Of a stretch of 64,000 bases of DNA, positions 1 through 9,057 are shown piece after piece. The stretch is taken from positions 32,001 through 96,000 of the forward strand of contig JAUVXV010000004.1 of assembly GCA_030603365.1 (NCBI GenBank), written 5' to 3'. The first letter of the stretch is position 1; the number at the start of each line of letters is the position of its first letter. A model generated the notes under the pieces. That model did no database searches, was not told the origin of the DNA, and saw nothing but the letters and a program-made list of their open reading frames with translations. Source of the stretch: Candidatus Heimdallarchaeota archaeon (GTDB taxonomy: Archaea > Asgardarchaeota > Heimdallarchaeia > Heimdallarchaeales > Heimdallarchaeaceae). Position numbers and translations under genes: made by a program.

Positions 1-2
1 AG

Positions 3-740
3 ATGGATGCTCCTTTAATCTTGGTAGCAAACTTAAATCCACATGAAGTAGATGACGAATCTCATAATGTTGATACTTGTTCTAAATACCCTCTATCTTT
101 CTATGAAGCTACATTAACCCGATCATCACCAAAAGCTGTTCTACCCGTCATAGATATGATAAGTAATCGTTTAGATAATCAGACAGCATATGAAGGCTTT
201 TACTATACGCATGAAACTTCTGCAATATTTGATGGCCCTGAATCTACTGCGTATAAAAATTTAGAGACAATGAAAGATAAGGTTGATGCACAGCTTCAAG
301 TTGCACATTTGATAAGATCTGTCGATGTTAATGATGTTGCAACACGCATTATTGTTAACCATTTTATCCCTGATCTAATAGGTAACATGAGAAGATTTGG
401 TTCACAGAAATTCAGATGTACAAAATGTAACAAAATATACAGAAGAATACCTTTGAATGAAGTTTGCCCAAATTGTAAAATGCCTAATTTGAATTTAACA
501 GTTCATGAAAAGTCTGTTACTAAATATCTTCAAATGGTTGAAAGTTTAATTAGTAAATATGAGCTTTCTGAATATTTGAAAAATCGATTAGCACTAATAA
601 AACACAATATAGAAACTTTGTTTGAGGGAGGAACCATTGCTACTACCAAAGGAACCACTAGTAAAAAAGTTGAAGGTATAGTTAAGTTATCAGACTACTT
701 TGTGAAAGCTAATGCAAACAGCAACAAGAACTCAAAATAA
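3..740 (+). CDS. polC: DNA polymerase D large subunit DP2, C-terminal part (gene truncated by window edge)
   Basis: HFIPDLIGNMRRFGSQKFRC-x2-C...C-x2-C-(NLNLTVHE) zinc-finger region typical of the DP2 C-terminus; PIP-box-like KLSDYF near the end. Confidence 0.93.
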   Translation: MDAPLILVANLNPHEVDDESHNVDTCSKYPLSFYEATLTRSSPKAVLPVIDMISNRLDNQTAYEGFYYTHETSAIFDGPESTAYKNLETMKDKVDAQLQVAHLIRSVDVNDVATRIIVNHFIPDLIGNMRRFGSQKFRCTKCNKIYRRIPLNEVCPNCKMPNLNLTVHEKSVTKYLQMVESLISKYELSEYLKNRLALIKHNIETLFEGGTIATTKGTTSKKVEGIVKLSDYFVKANANSNKNSK

Positions 741-812
741 TTAATTTCAACTATAACTTTCAACATACGAATAACTTTTTATTTATCTGAACATCTCTAA
801 ATCTGAAAGATA

Positions 813-1547
813 ATGGCTGATTTGAAGGAACAAGAAAAATCTCTCAAAATGAAAACATTAACCGAATTAACAGGCAAGGCAAAATATTCCTATGCGATGT
901 TATCTTTTGTTTTTGTAGTTACTCTAACTCTTATTCTATATCTGGTTCCTGATTATTATTTTCTAGAGAAAATGACGAAGGAAACTGTTTATCAGATATT
1001 GGAAATATATCAATTTCCCATCGAAGATGGTGGTTATTATTTAGAATTTGATACAGATAAAACATTCTTTGTAATTTTTACAAGGGTTTTTTCTAGCCTC
1101 GATGGTCATGGTGGGGAAACACCGGTTATAAGATCAACAGATTTAGCTGCATATAGGCAATTTGCTGTAGTACGAGCTTGTACAGGGATGCAAGCAGGTG
1201 CATTATTATTGGCTTTAATTATTGTTACTCCTGCAGATTCGAAAAAGAAAATAAAAGCAACTATTTACTCTCTTATAGCTTTAATTATTGGGAACTTTCT
1301 TAGAATTGCTCTAGTTATAGGTATGACTATTACAATTCAAGCTTCTTATGGGGCAGATAGTGCTGCTGCTTGGTTTTGGGCACATGATGTGCTAGGCAAA
1401 CCCATTGGTTTCTTTGGAACAATATTCTTTGCTATTATTATTGAAAGACAAGGTGTTCCTATCTTAAACACCGTTAGTTTATGGATTGATTCATTTATCG
1501 ATTTACTGAAAATGATTACTGATAAAATCAAGAAATTAGCTAGATAA
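813..1547 (+). CDS. Archaeosortase/exosortase-family membrane protein
   Basis: Multi-TM protein with catalytic-type ACTG, GNFLR and downstream His (WAHD) motifs. Confidence 0.8.
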   Translation: MADLKEQEKSLKMKTLTELTGKAKYSYAMLSFVFVVTLTLILYLVPDYYFLEKMTKETVYQILEIYQFPIEDGGYYLEFDTDKTFFVIFTRVFSSLDGHGGETPVIRSTDLAAYRQFAVVRACTGMQAGALLLALIIVTPADSKKKIKATIYSLIALIIGNFLRIALVIGMTITIQASYGADSAAAWFWAHDVLGKPIGFFGTIFFAIIIERQGVPILNTVSLWIDSFIDLLKMITDKIKKLAR

Positions 1548-1690
1548 TTACTTCTACAATATTCTAACTTAACTGTATTTTCGTTTTTTTATCTTCTTTA
1601 AACCAATTTAGCTAGACTGGTAACTTTCGATAACTTTTATTAAACGTAGTAATATATATTATCTCGAATATAATTTGAGTGTGAAGCTTA

Positions 1691-2632
1691 ATGAGATACT
1701 TAGAAGTCCATGAGGACGGTTCTTTAGTAGAAATGACGGAGTTAGAGCTTGGTTCAGAGAAAGTCATAATCATAGTTGATGAGATGGAGAAAAAAATGTG
1801 GTTATGGAAGGGGTCTAGCTGTCCAATTAGGAAAAAATTCATTGGTAGTCGTGCTTTGTCTGATTTAAGGAAAAAAGAATATGGTTTTGCTTATGTTCCT
1901 CAATCATGCGATCAAGATGATGAAACTGCAGAATTTGTTACAATGTTACAGAAAGTAGATAAAACCGGTCTGATTTCAGAGGGTGTTATGAAAAGAGCTC
2001 AAGAGATTATTGATAGACAAAGTAGAATTAATGTTTTTGAGGAATCCCAGGAAAGTGTTCCCTCTTTCCCAACTCCAACCGAAACCTCCTTACCAGATGA
2101 AGATGTGACGTTAAAAGATCGTCCTGCTCAAGTTCCATCATCTGAATTGCCTTCTCATGTAGCAAAAATGGGTGCTCCTGGTAATAGACCTATGCCAACA
2201 ATTCTGTCAGCTTTGGAATCGGAGTCCATTGAGATAAAGAAGGCTGAAGATGTACTGGCACCAAAAGATGAAGCAGTTTCTTCTCAGCCAGTTGTTGAAA
2301 CAGCACCTGTTAAGAAAGATAGCATTCTCGAACAGTCCTTTAAAGTATTGAGAGATTTAGGTGCTCCAAAAGGTTTCTACAGGGATCTAGTAATTATAGG
2401 CAATAAAGTTTATACAGAAACATATACTGGCGGATTTGAAGAACTAGATGAACCTCCTGAAGGTATTTTCTTCTCCAGTTCTCATGTACCAAGAATGATT
2501 TGTGAAAATGGTTTAGTGAGAGCCATAGAATTTCTAAAACCTGAAGAAGGAGCTGAATTGAGCGAAGAAGATGAAGCAATAGCTCAAGATATTGAAGATT
2601 TACTTGGAATGTTTGAAATTGAAGTAGGGTAA
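1691..2632 (+). CDS. Gelsolin-like domain protein (Asgard 1DGelX-like architecture)
   Basis: N-terminal VIIIVD...MWLWKGSSCPIRKKF gelsolin-fold pattern, P/E/S-rich linker, C-terminal beta-rich domain (RDLVIIGNKVY...PEGIFF...AIEFLK), acidic tail. Confidence 0.65.
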   Translation: MRYLEVHEDGSLVEMTELELGSEKVIIIVDEMEKKMWLWKGSSCPIRKKFIGSRALSDLRKKEYGFAYVPQSCDQDDETAEFVTMLQKVDKTGLISEGVMKRAQEIIDRQSRINVFEESQESVPSFPTPTETSLPDEDVTLKDRPAQVPSSELPSHVAKMGAPGNRPMPTILSALESESIEIKKAEDVLAPKDEAVSSQPVVETAPVKKDSILEQSFKVLRDLGAPKGFYRDLVIIGNKVYTETYTGGFEELDEPPEGIFFSSSHVPRMICENGLVRAIEFLKPEEGAELSEEDEAIAQDIEDLLGMFEIEVG

Positions 2633-2661
2633 GATAACCCTTCAATTTATCTATTTTTTTA

Positions 2662-2952
2662 GTGATAACAATGAATCAATTTACGCTGACTATCATTCTT
2701 CATCCATCTATACCATCTAGTAATCGTATCTTAACAGGAAAAATAGACGGTGAAACTCGAATCTTGGATGGATTAATCTCTATTCTTACAACTGATAAGG
2801 AAGCAGCTAATTTGCTTATTATTGAGAATGATATTAGACCGGGTTATCTCCTATTATCTAATAAAATAGAACTCAAAACTACAGGGTTTTTCAATGAAAA
2901 AATTAAAACTGATTTAGAAGTAAGAATAATACCCATTTCACACGGAGGATAG
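2662..2952 (+). CDS. Ubiquitin-like beta-grasp protein (Urm1/SAMP/MoaD family)
   Basis: 96 aa; IRPGYLLL and C-terminal ISHGG diglycine resemble Urm1 (RPGILVL...LHGG). Confidence 0.8.
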   Translation: MITMNQFTLTIILHPSIPSSNRILTGKIDGETRILDGLISILTTDKEAANLLIIENDIRPGYLLLSNKIELKTTGFFNEKIKTDLEVRIIPISHGG

Positions 2953-3053
2953 TTTTTAGGATACTAGAGAAGAGAGAAGTATAATCTCTTGTAACTCCAT
3001 TAGATATATTTTTAATCACATTAATCTCTTTACATGTTGCTTGATTGACTAAT

Positions 3054-3139
3054 GCCAGGATAGCCAAGCGGACAACGGCGCTGGTCTTGAAAATCAGTTC
3101 CTTATAGGATCCGGGGTTCAAATCCCCGTCCTGGCTCCA
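3054..3139 (+). tRNA. tRNA-Ser(TGA), encoded CCA
   Basis: GCCAGGA/TCCTGGC acceptor stem, CTGGT-CTTGAAA-ATCAG anticodon arm, long variable arm, CGGGG-TTCAAAT-CCCCG T arm. Confidence 0.93.
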
Positions 3140-3153
3140 TCTCCCTAGTTCAT

Positions 3154-5277
3154 TTGAAAACGAAATTTAACTGTAATGGTGTTAATTATTTGTCGACAAT
3201 AGAAGCTCCATATATCTTAGGAATTGCTGAGAAACCACAGGCAGCTAGAAGATTAGCCTATGCTCTAGATGAAAATAACAAACCTATAACCAAGAAACTA
3301 AGAAACATTTCGATTTTTATTTGTAATAGGGAAGGTAATAAAATCATTATAGCTCCTGCAGTAGGGCATTTATTTACTCTTTCTTCGATAGGTAAAACTT
3401 GGAACTATCCTGTATTAGATTATGAATGGGTACCAAGTTATACTGTAGATAAGAAAGCCAGAACAAAGAATTTCATTGATGCTTTCAAATCTCTTGCAAA
3501 AGGAGCTAAAAATGTCATCATTATGACCGATTTCGATAGAGAAGGTGAAGTAATAGGTTATTTAATATTGAAATATCTGATTGGAAGAAATGATGCAGAA
3601 AGAATGAAGTTTTCTACCTTGACTGTACATGATATATTACAAGCATTTAACCAAAGGGAAAAATCTCTTGATTTAGGCTTCCTAAATTCTGGGCTGATAC
3701 GCCATTATGTTGATTGGTTGTATGGAATAAATTACTCTAGAGCTTTAAGTTTAGCATTGAAAAAAGTTTCTGGCCAATTCAAAACTATTTCAATTGGCCG
3801 TGTTCAAGGTCCTACATTAGGTTCTGTTGTGGAATTAGAAAATAAAATAAAGATGTTTCTTCCAATTCCTTTCTGGAAAATTGAAAGTGAAGTAATTATA
3901 GATAATAAGAAGTTTAAAGCATTCTATGAAAAATCTGAGATCGAAACTCAGAAAGAAGCTGTACAAATTGTTAAGGATTGTAGTAGTTTACTTGGTAAAA
4001 TAACAGATATTTCTGAGGAGATGTCCTATCAGTATCCTTTCCCTCCTTTTGATCTAGGATCACTGCAGAGAGAAGCATATAGATACTTTAAACTATCTCC
4101 TAGTAAAACTCTAGAATTTGCAGAAAATCTTTACTTAAAAGCTCTTATTTCATATCCAAGAACTGACAGTCAGAAATTACCAATGACTCTCGGTCATAAA
4201 TCCATACTTGGGAAACTGACTAAACAAAGCGATTATAGTGTTTTCGCAAATGAAATAATTTCTAGAAAGAAATTCAAACCAAAAGAAGGTAAACGTACAG
4301 ATGCAGCTCATCCCGCAATACATCCAACAGGGAATGTTCCTGATAATTCACTTTCTTCCTCTGAAAGAAAAATCTATGACTTGGTAGTTAAACGCTATCT
4401 TTCTGTTTTTGGTAAAAATGCTGAGATTCTTAAGAGACGAATTGAAATTCTTATAAATAATCATAAGTTTGAGGTTCGAGGTAGTAAAATTATTGATGAA
4501 GGTTGGATAAAATATTATAAACCATATTTTTCGCTTTCTGAGAAAATTATACCAGATGTTCTATTGAATTCTGATATCAAATTTACATACATCGATTCAA
4601 AGGAACGATTTACATCTCCTCCAGCAAGATATAATGAATCATCTCTTTTAAAAAATATGGAAACAGAGAAAATAGGAACAAAAGCTACTAGAGCTGGAAT
4701 TATAAAAACACTATTTGATCGAGGATATATTGCAGGCAAGGAAATTTGTCCTACACCACTAGGAATAGGAGTTGTAGATGTTCTACAGAATCAATATCCG
4801 GTTCTTGTGAAATCAGAAATGACAAGAAACTTAGAAGACATAATGGAAGATGTTCAACAAAAGAAAAGAAGTATTGATTCTACAATATTTTCCATAAAGA
4901 ATGAATTGAAGGATTTATTAATATTATTTCATAATAAGGAAGAGGAAATTGGTCAATCTTTATACGAAAACCTACAATTATCAGAAAAATCTGAACTTAC
5001 AATTTTAGGTAAATGTCAAAAATGCAAGAAGGGTGATTTAAGAATTATAAAGTCTAGAAAAACAGGAAAACGTTTTATCTCTTGTTCAGCATATTTTGAT
5101 AAAAGCGTTAAATGCACTACTACATATCCTTTACCAGGTACTGGAAATATTAAACCTACTTCAAAGAAGTGTCCTCACGATGGTTTACCAATTATAGAGT
5201 GGCAAAGAGGTAGAAGAAAATACCAAATGTGCATTTCGCCAGAATGTCCATCAAAGAAAGAAGGTGAAAAAAATTAA
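3154..5277 (+). CDS. topA: DNA topoisomerase IA (true start probably slightly downstream)
   Basis: TOPRIM AEKP and DFDREGE, GRVQGPTL, catalytic ISYPRTDS, C-terminal Cys zinc ribbons. Confidence 0.96.
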   Translation: MKTKFNCNGVNYLSTIEAPYILGIAEKPQAARRLAYALDENNKPITKKLRNISIFICNREGNKIIIAPAVGHLFTLSSIGKTWNYPVLDYEWVPSYTVDKKARTKNFIDAFKSLAKGAKNVIIMTDFDREGEVIGYLILKYLIGRNDAERMKFSTLTVHDILQAFNQREKSLDLGFLNSGLIRHYVDWLYGINYSRALSLALKKVSGQFKTISIGRVQGPTLGSVVELENKIKMFLPIPFWKIESEVIIDNKKFKAFYEKSEIETQKEAVQIVKDCSSLLGKITDISEEMSYQYPFPPFDLGSLQREAYRYFKLSPSKTLEFAENLYLKALISYPRTDSQKLPMTLGHKSILGKLTKQSDYSVFANEIISRKKFKPKEGKRTDAAHPAIHPTGNVPDNSLSSSERKIYDLVVKRYLSVFGKNAEILKRRIEILINNHKFEVRGSKIIDEGWIKYYKPYFSLSEKIIPDVLLNSDIKFTYIDSKERFTSPPARYNESSLLKNMETEKIGTKATRAGIIKTLFDRGYIAGKEICPTPLGIGVVDVLQNQYPVLVKSEMTRNLEDIMEDVQQKKRSIDSTIFSIKNELKDLLILFHNKEEEIGQSLYENLQLSEKSELTILGKCQKCKKGDLRIIKSRKTGKRFISCSAYFDKSVKCTTTYPLPGTGNIKPTSKKCPHDGLPIIEWQRGRRKYQMCISPECPSKKEGEKN

Positions 5278-5515
5278 TTCTAAAACAACTCCTTCTAAAT
5301 GTCCAATCTGTAGAAAAAACAAAGAGAATTCTCAAACCAAATATTGTAAAAATCACAATACTGCTAAGAAAATGATAAAGCAAGGGTATGAATTGTGGTT
5401 AAAAGCGTACGGATTAATTTCTTGGGATGAATTTCTTAAGAGATTGATGGATTTGGAAGGTTTAATCGGTGATTATATTAAAGAAATAGTTGAATATGAG
5501 TTCTATTTTCAATAA
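5264..5515 (+). CDS. Small hypothetical protein with putative zinc finger
   Basis: CPIC...YCKNH motif; overlaps topA stop; SD-like GGTG at start. Confidence 0.6.
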   Translation: MKKINSKTTPSKCPICRKNKENSQTKYCKNHNTAKKMIKQGYELWLKAYGLISWDEFLKRLMDLEGLIGDYIKEIVEYEFYFQ

Positions 5516-5561
5516 CATCATTCCTAATTTTTATTTTACACTCCCCTTTAAGAAAATAATG

Positions 5562-5801
5562 TCAAGAAAACAATGCTGTATGAATCTGTTCTTTTTCTGG
5601 TAACCCCTCGATTTTTGTTTGACCAACTAAAATTGTTGGAATAGAAGAAATTTTCAATTCTTTTTTAGTACTAACTTTTATACTCTTATAATTAAAAAGC
5701 CCATTATATTCATCTAGAACGTTCTTTAATATTTTTTCTGCTATGTTGCAGTAAGGGCAATCTTCAGCTGTATATAGCACAATTTGCTTCATTTCATACA
5801 T
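5562..5801 (-). CDS. Glutaredoxin/thioredoxin-like protein
   Basis: CPYC active site, SIPT cis-Pro loop. Confidence 0.88.
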   Translation of the reverse strand: MYEMKQIVLYTAEDCPYCNIAEKILKNVLDEYNGLFNYKSIKVSTKKELKISSIPTILVGQTKIEGLPEKEQIHTALFS

Positions 5802-5905
5802 ATTCTCTGCTAAAGTATTAAAAGAGCAACAAAAATTTTCGGACTAGCGTAGATGATATTGTAATATTACATCTATAAAATGCCATAAAAAACCAAGTAA
5901 AGAAA

Positions 5906-6199
5906 TTAAATTAAATTACAACTACAAGGATTATTATTACATTTTGGGCATGAGTCAGCATATTTTTTGAAAAAAACTTTTTCTATATCAATCTCAAGAA
6001 GATTTGCAATACTCGCAGTCCAAGCTATAACATCAGTAATTTCTTCTGAAATTTTGTCAATATCCTCCAAAAGAACAGCTTCTGATAGTTCTCCTATTTC
6101 CTCAACAAGTTTCAATAACGTTTTCTCTTTCCCTCTTTCTTTATCCTTATCATAAAATAGATCCTTCATTAGTCTCTGAATTTTGTGAATAAATCTCAC
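5906..6199 (-). CDS. MazG-like nucleotide pyrophosphohydrolase
   Basis: LVEEIGEL...EEITDV motif, C-terminal CPKC...C-x-C. Confidence 0.88.
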   Translation of the reverse strand: MRFIHKIQRLMKDLFYDKDKERGKEKTLLKLVEEIGELSEAVLLEDIDKISEEITDVIAWTASIANLLEIDIEKVFFKKYADSCPKCNNNPCSCNLI

Positions 6200-6229
6200 C
6201 TCATTGTTTGGTAGAAAAATACTTGCTTA

Positions 6230-6418
6230 CTAGTAAAAAATATTACCTATAATAACTACAATAATTAGGATTATACTAGCGCCAATAACATACCAAGGAC
6301 CAAGTTTTACACCTGGTAGATCTTCGTCATAATATCTCATTAACCCTGCGCCTGTGGCGGGCATTGGACTAGTATCACGCTTTTGTTGCTTTTTTCTTTG
6401 AGAACCTCTTCTACTCAT
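6230..6418 (-). CDS. secG: Preprotein translocase Sec61-beta (SecG-like)
   Basis: GAGLMRYYDED...KLGP plus one C-terminal TM; start reassigned to MSRR at 6418. Confidence 0.9.
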   Translation of the reverse strand: MSRRGSQRKKQQKRDTSPMPATGAGLMRYYDEDLPGVKLGPWYVIGASIILIIVVIIGNIFY

Positions 6419-6576
6419 TATGCTCAAGTGCTTCTTAAAATAGAGATATATATTATTTTTTATCAATTACATTTAATTAATGAACCAAAATGAGAATGTT
6501 CTTTTAACATACTAAATGAAACCCACCATCAAAAAATTTAAGATATGATTAAATTCAATGAACCATAACATTCATC

Positions 6577-6675
6577 GACCCCGTAGCTCAGCTGGATAGA
6601 GCACCAGCCTTCTAAGTTAAACGGATTAACGAAGATAGTTGGGGGTCGCGCGTTCGAATCGCGTCGGGGTCGCCA
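6577..6675 (+). tRNA. tRNA-Arg(TCT) with 22-nt intron at 37/38 (6615-6636), encoded CCA
   Basis: GACCCCG/CGGGGTC acceptor stem; CTTCTA[intron]A loop; canonical bulge-helix-bulge (CTTC/GAAG helix, TAA and ATA bulges, GTTAA/TTAAC intron helix). Confidence 0.93.
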
Positions 6676-6731
6676 AGTTTGTCTTCCAAATAAGAAATAC
6701 AATTCTTTATAAAAAACAACGTTGCTTTGTC

Positions 6732-8354
6732 ATGAATCCATCTAAACAGCTTCGAAAATTGGTTGCCGAAGGTTATCAACTTACTCCTGAAGCCTTTTCG
6801 TATCTTAGTTCTTTAGAAAATCTAGATTCAGTTATTGAGGAGATTCTATCTTCTGGTACTGAGAAATTAATTCTCTCTATTGACGATATAAATGAGATTA
6901 TAGATAAGGTGGGTGATGTAGATGCAAAAATTCATGCTGACTTCAAAGTTGAAGATGAAGTTGATACTGTACCAGAAGTAGAAATTTCAGAAACTACACA
7001 AACTTTGGATACAATTGATTCACCAGTACAAACTGAAGAAGAAGTTTCAGAGAAAACAATAGATCTACCACAAAAGGAACAAGAATCTCATACACAAGTA
7101 AGAAAAGAGAAAATTGCATCAGATTTAGAAGTTATCTATTCTCCTCAGGTAACCAAATCACCAGCTACTGCTGCTAGTTTTCGTAAATATTTCGAGAATC
7201 GATTTGAAGTAATTGGGTCTTATTTTTCCAAAAGAAGAGATATAACAAATAAAGTCACTATCAGTGATTTGGAACCAAACAGAGATAAAGAAAAAGTGTC
7301 TGTAATTGCACTAGTTAGTAAAATACAAAGAACAGCAAAAGGTAATGTAATAATTGAATTGGAAGATTTGTCTGGTGGTATAACATCCCTCATTCATGTT
7401 TCTAAGCCAGATCTTGTTCAAAAATCACAATTTATCTTAGAGGATTCTGTTTTATGCTTTTTTGGGGATTGGAGAAGGGAAATGTTAAATGTTAAAGATG
7501 TTCTCTGGCCTGATATTCCTTATACAAATAAATCAAATAAATCTTACGAAGAAGTGCTTTCTTTACATATTTCGGATATCCATGTTGGTTCGAGGAATTT
7601 TGCTGGTAATCTCTTCCATCGGGTTATAAATCTAATAAATGGAAAACTTGAAAGCGAAAAATATAATGAAATTGGAAGAAAAATCAAATATCTTTTTGTA
7701 GCTGGAGACGTTGTTGACGGCGTTGGAATTTATCCTGGACAAAAAGAAGATCTTGTTGTAGATAATATACAAATGCAATATCATTTAGCTACTGAATATT
7801 TCGATCAAATCAGGAAGGATGTTGAAATTATCATCATCCCTGGTAACCATGATGGTGCGAGGTCTGCAGAACCTCAGACTCCAATTCAAAAGGAATTTGC
7901 TCAAGAGCTTGCTGAGCTAGATAATGTGCATCTCCTTGGTAGTCCTTGTTATTTGAAAGCACATAATGTGGAAGTTATGTTAAACCATGGTAATTCTATA
8001 CTGGATATAAATGCGGCAATACCTGCTATTCCACATGAAACCTCTATTCCAGCAATGATTGAAATGTTAAAAAATCGTCACTTAGTCCCAATATATGGAA
8101 AAAGAACACCCATAGCACCAGCTCCAACCGACCAATTAGTTATTTCAAAAATTCCTGATATTTTTCATACGGGACATACTCATATAGCAGGTGATGATAA
8201 GTATAAAGGAGTATTATTACTTAATTCTGGAACCTTCCAACATCAAACAAGCTATCAAAAAAGTATGAATATAAACCCAACTACCGGATTAACATATATT
8301 GTAAATTTAAGTAATCTACAAAGAACTAAAATTAATTTTCAAGAAATAAATTAA
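6732..8354 (+). CDS. polB: DNA polymerase D small subunit DP1 (3'-5' exonuclease)
   Basis: OB fold plus calcineurin-like motifs SDIHVGS, AGDVVDG, PGNHD, HGNS, GHTH; start moved to MNPSK because the longer ORF overlaps tRNA-Arg. Confidence 0.95.
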   Translation: MNPSKQLRKLVAEGYQLTPEAFSYLSSLENLDSVIEEILSSGTEKLILSIDDINEIIDKVGDVDAKIHADFKVEDEVDTVPEVEISETTQTLDTIDSPVQTEEEVSEKTIDLPQKEQESHTQVRKEKIASDLEVIYSPQVTKSPATAASFRKYFENRFEVIGSYFSKRRDITNKVTISDLEPNRDKEKVSVIALVSKIQRTAKGNVIIELEDLSGGITSLIHVSKPDLVQKSQFILEDSVLCFFGDWRREMLNVKDVLWPDIPYTNKSNKSYEEVLSLHISDIHVGSRNFAGNLFHRVINLINGKLESEKYNEIGRKIKYLFVAGDVVDGVGIYPGQKEDLVVDNIQMQYHLATEYFDQIRKDVEIIIIPGNHDGARSAEPQTPIQKEFAQELAELDNVHLLGSPCYLKAHNVEVMLNHGNSILDINAAIPAIPHETSIPAMIEMLKNRHLVPIYGKRTPIAPAPTDQLVISKIPDIFHTGHTHIAGDDKYKGVLLLNSGTFQHQTSYQKSMNINPTTGLTYIVNLSNLQRTKINFQEIN

Positions 8355-8368
8355 TTGGGCAAGATTTC

Positions 8369-8782
8369 CTATTCAGGTGGTATTTCGTCTTCATCAATTT
8401 GAACATACGATAATATATCAGCAATTTGTGGTGCATGATTAGATAATACGGCAATTGCTGTTTTGAATTCTTCAATATCACTGGTACCACCAACTAGATG
8501 AAAATCTCCAATGGATTTGAGTATCAAAAAACCATTTTTACCGCGAACCATTACATCGTTGATAGGAGAATAATTTAGTCTTTCAAGTGCTAATCTAGCG
8601 GCAGCAACAAGTGCAGCACCTATAGCTGACAACTCAGTTGAATTAGCTCTTTTATCCCCTGCATAAAATGCTACTCTATCACCTGTTGCAGTTAAAACAG
8701 CTAAAGCTTCCAATTTTGCTTCTTGAGTGATATCCTTCAATTCCTTTGCTAATGCATATGCGATTTTCCTTTCTAACCTCAT
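8369..8782 (-). CDS. Roadblock/LC7 domain protein
   Basis: AVLTATG...ELSAIGAAL...VMVRGKNGFLILK roadblock pattern. Confidence 0.8.
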   Translation of the reverse strand: MRLERKIAYALAKELKDITQEAKLEALAVLTATGDRVAFYAGDKRANSTELSAIGAALVAAARLALERLNYSPINDVMVRGKNGFLILKSIGDFHLVGGTSDIEEFKTAIAVLSNHAPQIADILSYVQIDEDEIPPE

Positions 8783-9057
8783 TGCTCTCTAAAACACTTT
8801 AAGTTAGAAATATCTTAATTAATGTTCCTATGGTTTCTCACAAATCTGAATATTACAAAAAAATTCGAAGCATATTTATATTACAATTGTAACCAAACTT
8901 TTTATTTCCACTAGTCATTTTTTTTCTTCCACTTCACAGCATTAGATTTTCATTCAGAAAGACTATTCATAAGTAATATTTTTAAACGTCTTTCTTTACC
9001 CAACTTCAAAAAAGTACTTGTTGTTAGTTTTAGTACTAAACATATTGGTGTATTACA

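Noticed and set aside
3054-3139. Long-variable-arm tRNA as possible tRNA-Sec
   Set aside because: Anticodon is TGA (reads Ser UCA), not TCA, and the acceptor/T stems are standard 7/5.
6639-6731. N-terminal extension of the DP1 ORF
   Set aside because: Overlaps tRNA-Arg; the real start is most likely ATG 6732.
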